Source: Bdellovibrionota bacterium (GTDB taxonomy: Bacteria; Bdellovibrionota_G; JALEGL01; DATDPG01). Taken from it: a DNA stretch of 64,000 nucleotides. Position numbers and translations under genes: made by a program. The stretch covers positions 64,001 through 128,000 of the forward strand of contig OY764265.1 in assembly GCA_963668355.1 (NCBI GenBank), given 5' to 3'. This document shows, in pieces, positions 1 to 8,462 of this stretch. Each line of letters begins with the position of its first letter. Position 1 is the stretch's first letter. The notes under the pieces were generated by a model. That model was not told the DNA's origin. It was given only the letters and a program-made list of their open reading frames with translations, and made no database searches.

Positions 1-1620
1 AATCTACCGGCTCTGGCCATTGGTGAAGCCGGAACGGCTCTTGCGATTGATGGTTTCCCCTCCAAAGACTATGCCGAGTTCTTAAAGGAGCGCATGGGAT
101 TTAATCGAGAAGAACTGGACGGAGAAGTCGTGGCTTTCTTAGAAGCTTCACAAACGGCCGGTCAAATTCTTGCCCTTCGCGCCCAAATTCAAAACGCTGT
201 GACAACGAAGCTCGCTTATGATGTTCAGTTCCCAGAAAATGTGGTGGCCGAAGCTATTGCTGACTTCCAAAAAGAGCTGGAACATTTAGTAAGCCAACGA
301 GCCAAAGTTGTCATGAGCCATTTCATCGAAACAGAAAATGAGGGCATCAAAAATTCGTATCGAATTGACATTGTGCCAGGCAATAAAGCTGACGCAGCAG
401 ATTATGTGGCCTTAAAAGCAGCTGAAGCCGAAATCACATTACCCATCATTACGGCTGGTGATAGTGGAAATGATATTGCACTTGTGGGAGCGGCACGAAA
501 TGTCAAAGGTGTTGAACCTCAAGCGATTATTCAAAACATTTTTAATGGTTCTCCCCTCGGCTCAAATGTTTTCATCGCCGTGGCCAATCGTCATGCTTCT
601 CTGCGAGAAGAAATTGATCAATTGGCCGTACCCGCGGAAGAGTACTTAATCGCACCCGATCCTAACGGCATGTTAAATGGCGTGTACTTCATCATGAATG
701 CTGAAGGTTTGGTTGAAAAAGTTATTCTGGATGATTCAGAGTTAAACCAACTTTATGAGAACGTACCTTTGGGAAACCGTCATGGTCCTGAATCAATTCT
801 CAACGCCTATCAACTCATTTTCGGTCGAGATGCTGCCGCACTGGACGCCGGAAGTGAAGAAGCTTCGGGCGAAATCGACTACTCTTCTTATAAGTTTCCG
901 ACGTTTTATACGCCATGGGCGTATTTCAATTGGTGGGGGCGAAGAGGAAAATCCAAACTCAAATTTTTAACTCACTCAGCTAACAAAACGGATGCTTCTG
1001 GACATCCCTTACGTGTAACTCTTTCTGGACGTCCTATACGCGTAACTCTAAAAGATGGAACCACTGTAGAAGGAACGTTTAAAGATGCAGGAATTCGGGT
1101 CGCCTATGCCATGTCACCTGGGGACGATAGCGCGCCCTGGTGGTATCAATTTGAGGTCTTTGAGCATAAGCCGGACGGAAGTTTGGGTGAGGTTAGAGTG
1201 TTCAAACAAGGTGAGTTTTCCGACATCGAGTTCGGTCCTCGACTCATTCCAGAGAACGCCATCAATTATTCAAGCGTTGTATTTCCCGAAAAGAAGCAAT
1301 TGCTCGAAATCCTTCATAGAAGGGCCTCTGGCGTCGGCCATTTCTGGATTGCCATGGCCAAGGCATTTTTCCTCGAAGAACAAGGAGAGGGTTTAAACCT
1401 TAAAGGAAGGCCTGTAAGGCTGACGTCCCTCAATGGTGGATACATGATTGAAGGAACGTTCGACAGCCTCTTAATGGAAAAACCGGATAAAGGTAGAAAA
1501 CCACGGCAGATCATTCGCATCTATGACCGCAACCCCGATGGCAGCCAGGGTAATATTCGAGATTACTACGTAGATCGTTTCAACAATCTCGAACTCGGAC
1601 CTGCCCCTTCGGGCAGCTAA
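1..1620 (+). CDS. 5'-partial protein: HAD-IIB (sucrose-phosphatase-like) domain plus two tandem copies of a ~120-aa beta-rich domain
   Basis: Frame is open from base 1. HAD motifs IDIVPGNKADA, AGDSGND and VAN are present. Repeats read I(D/N)YSS..FP...GRP(I/V)R.T...G...EGTF...PDGS.G..R....F...E.GP. Confidence 0.55.
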   Translation, partial: NLPALAIGEAGTALAIDGFPSKDYAEFLKERMGFNREELDGEVVAFLEASQTAGQILALRAQIQNAVTTKLAYDVQFPENVVAEAIADFQKELEHLVSQRAKVVMSHFIETENEGIKNSYRIDIVPGNKADAADYVALKAAEAEITLPIITAGDSGNDIALVGAARNVKGVEPQAIIQNIFNGSPLGSNVFIAVANRHASLREEIDQLAVPAEEYLIAPDPNGMLNGVYFIMNAEGLVEKVILDDSELNQLYENVPLGNRHGPESILNAYQLIFGRDAAALDAGSEEASGEIDYSSYKFPTFYTPWAYFNWWGRRGKSKLKFLTHSANKTDASGHPLRVTLSGRPIRVTLKDGTTVEGTFKDAGIRVAYAMSPGDDSAPWWYQFEVFEHKPDGSLGEVRVFKQGEFSDIEFGPRLIPENAINYSSVVFPEKKQLLEILHRRASGVGHFWIAMAKAFFLEEQGEGLNLKGRPVRLTSLNGGYMIEGTFDSLLMEKPDKGRKPRQIIRIYDRNPDGSQGNIRDYYVDRFNNLELGPAPSGS

Positions 1621-1741
1621 TTTAGGCCGCCAATCGCGGGAAGAGCGGACTCGGCTTTTGCGTCTCGAATTTTTCGAGTTGACCGGGCTTGGGAGTCGAT
1701 TGGCTTATGAGAAATTGAGATTTTTAAATCTTATATTAGAC

Positions 1742-2375
1742 CTACTTCTGTACAGAAATCCGTGAATGGCAGAACGCGCCCTTCGGTCGGATAGCGTCGG
1801 GCGTCCCCTGATTTAAGGCTCCAAAATAGCGAACCATGTGCGTCCCTTTTAGCGGTACTTGCAGACTCAAGAGCGCCAAAAAAGTTAAGGCATCATAACC
1901 AGCTACAACAGTCCTCCGTCCATCGAATTTCTTGGTGCTTAGAACATTGACTCGCCCTGTGGTCGCATCATACGTGACTCTTTCCAGTGAAATGGCTGGC
2001 CTAGCCATATAGCGAACCAGACGTCGAAGCCGTGAGTATTCTCCTTTATTGATTCGAACGGACGTATCAACGGAAAATCCGGTGTAGTCCCACTCCAGGA
2101 TTTCGTCGCGAAATTCTTCGCTCAGTTTCTTATCTTTCACGAGCGCGTTCATCACCTTTCGTGCAAAGAGGCGATTGAGAGCTTCGCGCTCAAGCTGTGG
2201 GTCGAACTTAAGGGAATGGAAACGACCTTCGTCGTCAAAAGCTCCCTCGGTCACTAAGGCATGAACATGCGGATGCGGATCTAATCGGTCAGCAAACAGT
2301 TGAGGCAACATAACCAAACCGGCGTTTACGTTTTTCTGCTTAAGGCCCCATTGAAAGAAGGCTGCAGAAAATCGT
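1742..2375 (-). pseudogene. IS91-family (HUH/Y2 rolling-circle) transposase fragment lacking the N-terminal Zn-binding region
   Basis: QLFADRLDPHPHVHALVTEG (HUH), YTGFSVD, YMARPAISLER and HMVRYFG motifs. In-frame stop near 2438, so the N-terminus is absent; sequence diverges after VRYFG. Confidence 0.75.
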
Positions 2376-2503
2376 ATTTTTTGGACGCGGGCTCCTTCTG
2401 CCCCGGTCCCCGAAGAATCCCGCGTCCAAGAGGAAATTTAAGTCTGAGGCCGTCAGATTTGGTTTCAGGCCCTCCGGTTTTGTAGAAGCATGGCCTGGTT
2501 GGA

Positions 2504-2660
2504 CTGCAAGCCACATGACAAGCCGCCGACACGCAAGGTGTGGCGGCGGGTTGGCAGGGGGCTTGCTTTTGTCTGCAAACGGCATGACACCCGTTAGGGT
2601 GGCGGGACGTTTGCTTTGGCTGCAAAGGGCGTGACGGAGGAACGACGGCGCGGCCTTTGC
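2504..2660. repeat. Three tandem imperfect hairpins, consensus CTGCAANNN-RCRTGAC-[variable]-GGCRSGR-NNNTTGC
   Basis: Units at 2504-2566, 2573-2614 and 2620-2660. Stems are GCAAGCC/GGCTTGC, GCAAACG/CGTTTGC and GCAAAGG/CCTTTGC. Confidence 0.8.
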
Positions 2661-2744
2661 TCGTGACTCTCACCTGAGCATTTTTCGCCATTTCCACTTT
2701 CCAAAACGTCGAGCTAAGTTCCAACAGCCCCGCCATAAAGAAAC

Positions 2745-2769
2745 ACCCGCCCTAGGCGGGTATTTTTTT
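2745..2769. terminator. Hairpin, terminator-like or IS-end structure
   Basis: ACCCGCC-CTA-GGCGGGT followed by a T-run. Confidence 0.4.
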
Positions 2770-2871
2770 AGGGTCGGGAGATCCTAAAAAAGAAGGAACC
2801 GGCCGGGAACCCACTATGTGGGTGGACGGGTTCTCACCTTCAGGATCTATGAACGAGAGTCCATGAATCCC

Positions 2872-5457
2872 TCACCGGCCGCTACGAATCGACCTTCTTC
2901 GGAAAACGAGCGTCATCAATAAAACGATCAAGCCCAGCGCACTCGAATTTCCATTGGCCTGACAACCACCACTCACCGTTGCGCCCCCAGTTTCACTTCC
3001 AGATTGGGTCGTTGTCCCCGAAGGGCCGGAATCGCCGTCATTCACTAAATCATCCGAAAAACCAAATCCCGGTCCCTGAGGGTTATCAGCACCCACATCC
3101 GGAACCACCGTCTCCACATCAGAGAACTCTGAGCTATTATGCTGAAAACTTGCTTCTAAAAGAGTTTCGCCCGTGATGCTCAAGGAACCTGCATTGATCG
3201 TATCACCACCATATATTACAGAAATGGAATACGGGTTCCCCGATTCTCGATCATGTGTACCCGAACTTCTCAAATCTCCTGATTCACTGTATTCGGTTAA
3301 ACGAAGCGTAACTTCTCCCGAAGCGTCCGTTACGCCCTCCACCGTTCCCGCCGACGAAACCGCTCTAACCGTTGCGTTTACTGCAGGTCCACCCGATGCA
3401 TTTTTTATCAACCCTCTTAAGTACCATTGCTTCGTGAGATCATACGTAGCCTCGGAATTATTGGCGGTGAAATAATAGTCATCCGAATCAAAACCATCTA
3501 CGAAGTGATTGTTGACCAACATGAGCCCTGGAACATCCCCCGAATAATAACCTAATCTCAGGGCCGACTCTGGGTGATTCGGCGTATAAAAAGAATTGGC
3601 CAAACGAACGAAATAATTGTTTTCGAACCACATATAGTCCGCATGCCCATAGGGACTCGCGATCCAAGCTGCTTTGTCATTGGTTTCAATGACATTGTTA
3701 TGAAACAGAAGGTTGTCAGTTGCGTTGTTGGTTGCACCCCCGAGATACAAAGCAAATGTCGGCGCTTGATCATTATTGTTATCTTTTATGACTTGGAAAT
3801 AGTTATTAAAAATGCGGTTATTCACTCCCGAAGCTGAATAGAAAATACCGGTTGCAATTGGCATACAATTTTCCCAGTTTGTATCGTACGAGTGACCTTC
3901 GATATAAAATGAATTGTCGTAGACCCAGTTGTCGTAATTGGTTTCTGCGCCATAATCATTCATTCGAATGGCATTCGTCGAGTAATCCTCATTAATGTAT
4001 TCAACATTGCATGTCGCTGTTCGAACGTAGAAGACATTTCCATGGATCTTATACCCGTGCCCCACATAGGTCAGAATTCCACTTCCTTCGATGGGATCAA
4101 AAATATTGTCGTAAATTTCCGGATTTTCCGCACCACTATGAATGATTGCGTAATGGTTCGTGGCCTGAGCATTGTTTCGAATATAGTTGTTGTAGACTTT
4201 CGTGTTTGTTCCACGAAGGCGAATGACGCCTTGTCCTCCGATGGCATTGTTGTGATGAAATTCACCACCACCTAAGATCACGTTTTCTTCATCGCTATTT
4301 TCGCGAGAAAAATACCAAGGCATATTCACAATCAAATTATTGTGATGAATCTCTCCTGCAGAACTGATGCTATGAGACTTCAAACCATTGGCTACAATTT
4401 CCAAGTTGTGAAATTGACCGCGCGTTGTACCAAGAGTCCGAATTCCGTAAGAAATTTGATTTTCATGTGCGGCTTCGATTCGACCGTTTCTCACTTCTAA
4501 ATGGTTATATCGGTCGGGTCCCGAATAATCTCCAGAAGGAGGAATACTCAGACCAGATAAATTTTGAACGATCGGATCTTGGTTTGAATTGCTATCGCTC
4601 AAGGACCAACTCGTTAAAACTGCGACCCCGTAGTCCCCAATGGGAACAATTCCTGTGCGATCAATATATGCATAATCACTCGTTTGAATTCTTAAGCGAT
4701 AATTCCCGGAACCGGTCGAATCGAACCGACATGCCAAGGACTGACCTCGAAAGAAGGGAGTTTCACCATCTTCCGCCCGACTTTTTCGCTCGGAACACAT
4801 CACATTTCCGGACTCATCCAAGACTTCCATTGATATGAAGTCACCGCTACTTCGCGCGGCTCTTCCAACCGTCATATACCCGCGATACGCCCTAGCTTCC
4901 GGCAAACTGATCAGCGATGATTCCAGCGTTACGGCATTCTCTGCATACAACACGGAATCCCCGCTCATGGGTTGCCAATAAGCCGTGTCCCTCGGAACGA
5001 CGGAACCCGAAACAACGGTCCAACCATCAGGCGTATTTCCAGTCCATGATTCAAAGCTGTTATTCGGAATGGATTCGTAATTCGCAGCGCTATAGCGCAT
5101 CGTATATCCGTTTAAATCAAACGTCGTTGTGGATTCGACATCTGGATTTCCATCTTCCAAACCGAAAACCGTACATGTTTTTTCGCAATCGATATCCCCC
5201 ATTAATAAAAAGAAGTGATCTTCATTCGAGAGATTCCGAAAAAAATACACCCCATGTGTCGAATCATATTCATAACCCGGACCATTTTGACCCGGATGAA
5301 CTTCCACACAATTGGCTGGCATTCCCGAGTCGCTACAGGTTTGGCCCGTAACAAAATCCAAAGGGGCCACAGAGTCTCCAGCTCTTTCTTGTCCTGAAGA
5401 CGGTCCGCAAGAGCAAACGACAAAAACGAATATGAATACTTGCAGTTTATTTTTCAT
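2872..5457 (-). CDS. Secreted/lipoprotein with right-handed beta-helix repeats, a CarboxypepD-reg-like domain and a MYXO-CTERM-like C-terminal anchor
   Basis: Signal MKNKLQVFIFVFVVCSC; I(Y/H).N.F repeats; tail SGGCQ...ALGLIVLLMTLVFRRR. ATG at 5457 has a GAGGGG RBS. Confidence 0.75.
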   Translation of the reverse strand: MKNKLQVFIFVFVVCSCGPSSGQERAGDSVAPLDFVTGQTCSDSGMPANCVEVHPGQNGPGYEYDSTHGVYFFRNLSNEDHFFLLMGDIDCEKTCTVFGLEDGNPDVESTTTFDLNGYTMRYSAANYESIPNNSFESWTGNTPDGWTVVSGSVVPRDTAYWQPMSGDSVLYAENAVTLESSLISLPEARAYRGYMTVGRAARSSGDFISMEVLDESGNVMCSERKSRAEDGETPFFRGQSLACRFDSTGSGNYRLRIQTSDYAYIDRTGIVPIGDYGVAVLTSWSLSDSNSNQDPIVQNLSGLSIPPSGDYSGPDRYNHLEVRNGRIEAAHENQISYGIRTLGTTRGQFHNLEIVANGLKSHSISSAGEIHHNNLIVNMPWYFSRENSDEENVILGGGEFHHNNAIGGQGVIRLRGTNTKVYNNYIRNNAQATNHYAIIHSGAENPEIYDNIFDPIEGSGILTYVGHGYKIHGNVFYVRTATCNVEYINEDYSTNAIRMNDYGAETNYDNWVYDNSFYIEGHSYDTNWENCMPIATGIFYSASGVNNRIFNNYFQVIKDNNNDQAPTFALYLGGATNNATDNLLFHNNVIETNDKAAWIASPYGHADYMWFENNYFVRLANSFYTPNHPESALRLGYYSGDVPGLMLVNNHFVDGFDSDDYYFTANNSEATYDLTKQWYLRGLIKNASGGPAVNATVRAVSSAGTVEGVTDASGEVTLRLTEYSESGDLRSSGTHDRESGNPYSISVIYGGDTINAGSLSITGETLLEASFQHNSSEFSDVETVVPDVGADNPQGPGFGFSDDLVNDGDSGPSGTTTQSGSETGGATVSGGCQANGNSSALGLIVLLMTLVFRRRSIRSGR

Positions 5458-5488
5458 CCGTTGATCACCCCTCATCATCAAAAAACAT

Positions 5489-5504
5489 CGCAACTCTAAT
5501 GCCA
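5489..5504 (-). promoter_or_regulatory. sigma54 (-24/-12) promoter
   Basis: TGGCATTAGAGTTGCG with GG-N10-GC spacing, ~30 bp upstream of the ATG. Confidence 0.65.
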
Positions 5505-5796
5505 CACGTACACGTCATTTTTTAACGTATTTTCAACATGTTAGAAGATTTCACAGCAATATTGCTATGAAATTTTTTCAACGGATCTCTTACTACGCAA
5601 GTTTTTCATAAGGAGACAGGTCAAATGCTGCCGTCGTGCATTGCTTTTTTGTGGTGGGATTTAGCGTGATTTCTTGGCATGTACGACGTAACCCACACGG
5701 CCAATTCATCTTGACTTCGGAAAGTGTCCACAGAATTCTAAACTTCCTTTACTGAGATCTAAACTTAAAAAACAACACTCAACTCCTTCTGCAAAC

Positions 5797-5828
5797 AAAG
5801 GGTGGCCGCTAAAAGGCCACCCTTTTTT
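5797..5828 (+). terminator. Rho-independent terminator in a divergent intergenic region
   Basis: AAAGGGTGGCC-GCTAAAA-GGCCACCCTTTTTT. Confidence 0.65.
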
Positions 5829-5901
5829 GCTTTTTCGTCAAACGTCGTCCCGTGAACACGGCCATTCTCTCTTGCCATGCCCTGTGCTACCCTGACCCTC
5901 C

Positions 5902-6576
5902 ATGAAAGAATCGGCCTTTCGCGTTCGCACCACCCTCCTTTCCCAAAGGCCCCATTCCGCAAGTTTTTCAGTGGTCCTCCTGACCGTGGCATTGATGTGT
6001 TCGATTTCTGGAATCTACTGGGAAAAGGTTACCCACATTTACCCACTTCTTGCGGCCACGCCTCTTCAGGTATTTGAACTTCAAGAGTATTGGCGTCTCT
6101 TGACCACCATTTTTGTCCATGGTGACATCAAACATTTGGTCTCCAACGTTCTTCCCTTTAGCCTCTTTGCCTATTTCCTCTACGGCTATTTTGGGTTTCG
6201 TGTATTTCCGGTTCAAGCTTTTCTGTTGGGGGCTTTGGTGAACCTGATTTCCCTCTATACCTACCCTTCCTCAACGACCCTCATCGGCGCATCTGGAGTG
6301 GTTTATCTAATCGGAGCCTTTTGGCTCACCATGTATGTTCTTCTCCATCGGCGCTATTCCCTGCGTAACCGCATGGTTCGCAGTTTTGGATTCGCTCTAC
6401 TTCTCTTCTTCCCCCGAAGTTATGAACTGCATGTCAGTTATCGAACCCACGCCATCGGTTTTGGATTGGGGATCGCCTGGGCTCTCGCCTACTATTTTAG
6501 AAATAAGCAAAAACTCCGAGCTGCCGAAATTGTGGAAGCGTTTCAGGATGAAGAGTGGGAACGGATTGAGCACTAG
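5902..6576 (+). CDS. Rhomboid-family intramembrane serine protease
   Basis: WRLLT..FVHG..HLVSN, catalytic GASG, SY.THAIG; about 6 TM helices. Confidence 0.9.
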   Translation: MKESAFRVRTTLLSQRPHSASFSVVLLTVALMCSISGIYWEKVTHIYPLLAATPLQVFELQEYWRLLTTIFVHGDIKHLVSNVLPFSLFAYFLYGYFGFRVFPVQAFLLGALVNLISLYTYPSSTTLIGASGVVYLIGAFWLTMYVLLHRRYSLRNRMVRSFGFALLLFFPRSYELHVSYRTHAIGFGLGIAWALAYYFRNKQKLRAAEIVEAFQDEEWERIEH

Positions 6577-6618
6577 AACGTCACCCAAGTTTTGAAGTAT
6601 AATAGGCGAACCTCACCG

Positions 6619-7677
6619 ATGTTTTTTCCTCTTCATATTTTTCTTTCTCTTCTTCTTGCCACAGGTCTTCTCTTCCCAGCCTGTTCATCTCAAATTCCCG
6701 GCTCCAATCTGGATGAAAACCAAGACGAAGAGCAAATCCAAGAAAACCAAGACGAAAATTCATTCGAAGATGAAGAAACGGGAGATTTGCAAGAAGGCAT
6801 TTCCTTCACTACGCAACGAAGTGAAGGAGGCTTTGGCAGCCAAGGCCCAACCTTGATCGTATTGGATTCGTTTGAGCAAGGTTCAAACGGAGATCCGGTT
6901 GTCAGCCCGGATGTCGGAGCTTATGGCTACGCCGAAGCCTTCTATTCCTCCAATGCCCCGAAAGTGGGTCAATTGTCTGCGTGTTCCTTTCCTACTTCTT
7001 CGGATCAATACAAAGTTCTTGAAGTCGAAGCCAACATCGAAAGTGGAAAATGGCTCTATTTTTCGGCTTGGCTCCGCTCCACTGGAGGCGTCGGAGGACA
7101 GAAAAAAATCTTTGAACTCTGGGGGTCCCCCTATACTGGGAATTATGCACCCGGATTCGGCTCCGCCGATGGGTATTCCTACATTGCTCGGGAAGACTCG
7201 TCTTACTTCCTTCAAACCTATTATCCTTCGGGTTCAGTCGATCAATCCGGTGGAACTTGGCAATATTGGGAAATCATTGCTCACATGAACTCTTCGGGAG
7301 GAGTCGAGGATGGATCGCTTAAGATCTCCGTCGATGACATCGCCATTTTTCAACATGAAAACATTAATGTCCGGCGGGATACGGAACGAATTTGGGGTTC
7401 TCTTTATTGGATGGACGGCCACACCAATCCTTCCGACGATGAATATGTCGTGTATTGCACAGACGAGATCTACGCTTCTCGGGGGGTACAGCGAGTGGTA
7501 TTGGCAGCCTCATCAAACCCTGAAGATATTCGGCGCGTTCCTCAACAGATCGAAAGCTGGAGCGATCAAAGCATCACATACCTCCCCCGACGTGGCGCAC
7601 TAGAATCAGACACCGTTTTTGAGCTTGTCTATGATGCCTCCAACACCTTGGTAAAAACCACAGAACGACATTTTTAG
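6619..7677 (+). CDS. Hypothetical lipoprotein with an acidic linker and a probable beta-sandwich (lectin/lyase-like) domain
   Basis: Lipobox LFPAC; E/D/Q-rich linker; aromatic beta-rich core WQYWEII...DGSLKISVD. Confidence 0.55.
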   Translation: MFFPLHIFLSLLLATGLLFPACSSQIPGSNLDENQDEEQIQENQDENSFEDEETGDLQEGISFTTQRSEGGFGSQGPTLIVLDSFEQGSNGDPVVSPDVGAYGYAEAFYSSNAPKVGQLSACSFPTSSDQYKVLEVEANIESGKWLYFSAWLRSTGGVGGQKKIFELWGSPYTGNYAPGFGSADGYSYIAREDSSYFLQTYYPSGSVDQSGGTWQYWEIIAHMNSSGGVEDGSLKISVDDIAIFQHENINVRRDTERIWGSLYWMDGHTNPSDDEYVVYCTDEIYASRGVQRVVLAASSNPEDIRRVPQQIESWSDQSITYLPRRGALESDTVFELVYDASNTLVKTTERHF

Positions 7678-7743
7678 CCGGTCATTGCATTTGGTTTTTG
7701 CATAGGCTATGAGCTTCTCGCAAAAGGAAAAAGGAGCGAATCC

Positions 7744-8451
7744 ATGGACAGCGTCACATTGTCATTGTTATTTACGGCCATATCCCTGGGATTCATCCAC
7801 ACCCTTCTTGGTCCCGATCATTATGTCCCCTTCATCGCCCTCGCAAAATCGAACGGGTGGTCGCTAAAAAAGACTTTATTGATTTCTTCCGTCTGTGGCA
7901 TCGCACATTGTCTCTCTTCGGTTGTCATCGGTTTTTTGGGAATTGGTTTGGGCATTGCCGTGGGTCAACTGGAACTGATTGAGGGATATCGAGGAGACCT
8001 TGCAAGCTACCTCATGATTGCCTTTGGTCTGGCGTATTTTTTCTGGGCTCTTCGGCGTTTTCTCAAAAAACAAACCCATGTTCATTCTCATCAACATGGA
8101 CACCAATGGCATTCTCATGAACACGCCCACAAACAAGACCATCTTCATGCACATGCGACTTCAAAGAAAACAACCAATCTATATTGGGGCATTTTCATCG
8201 TCTTTCTCTTTGGCCCCTGTGAACCGTTAATTCCTTTGCTAATGTACCCGGCGGCCCAATCAAGTGTCGTCCTCACCACATGGGTTGCGTTGACGTTTAC
8301 CCTTACAACCGTTCTCACAATGCTCTTTGCGGTCAGCACCGGATATGCCGGATTAGGAAGTTTAAAATGGAAACGCCTCAGTCCCTACTCTGATTTGATG
8401 GCCTCTTCAGCCATCATCCTCTGTGGGGTTCTCATCATCTTGGGCTTGTAG
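7744..8451 (+). CDS. Nickel/cobalt transporter-like membrane protein (UreH/RcnA/NiCoT-like) with a His-rich loop
   Basis: HTLLGPDH (HX5DH-like NiCoT motif), HVHSHQHGHQWHSHEHAH, GPCEP. Confidence 0.75.
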   Translation: MDSVTLSLLFTAISLGFIHTLLGPDHYVPFIALAKSNGWSLKKTLLISSVCGIAHCLSSVVIGFLGIGLGIAVGQLELIEGYRGDLASYLMIAFGLAYFFWALRRFLKKQTHVHSHQHGHQWHSHEHAHKQDHLHAHATSKKTTNLYWGIFIVFLFGPCEPLIPLLMYPAAQSSVVLTTWVALTFTLTTVLTMLFAVSTGYAGLGSLKWKRLSPYSDLMASSAIILCGVLIILGL

Positions 8452-8462
8452 ATTCATTCTCC

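Noticed and set aside
2594..2600. Complete integron attC site around GTTAGGG
   Set aside because: No matching RYYYAAC at a suitable distance upstream and no integrase in the window; a relic cannot be excluded.
2504..2660. CRISPR array or c-di-GMP riboswitch
   Set aside because: The repeats are not identical, the inserts are self-complementary and of unequal length, and no cas genes are present. The GEMM consensus is not matched.
2326..2736. 136-aa and 81-aa minus-strand ORFs
   Set aside because: They run through the hairpin array and have no recognisable motifs.
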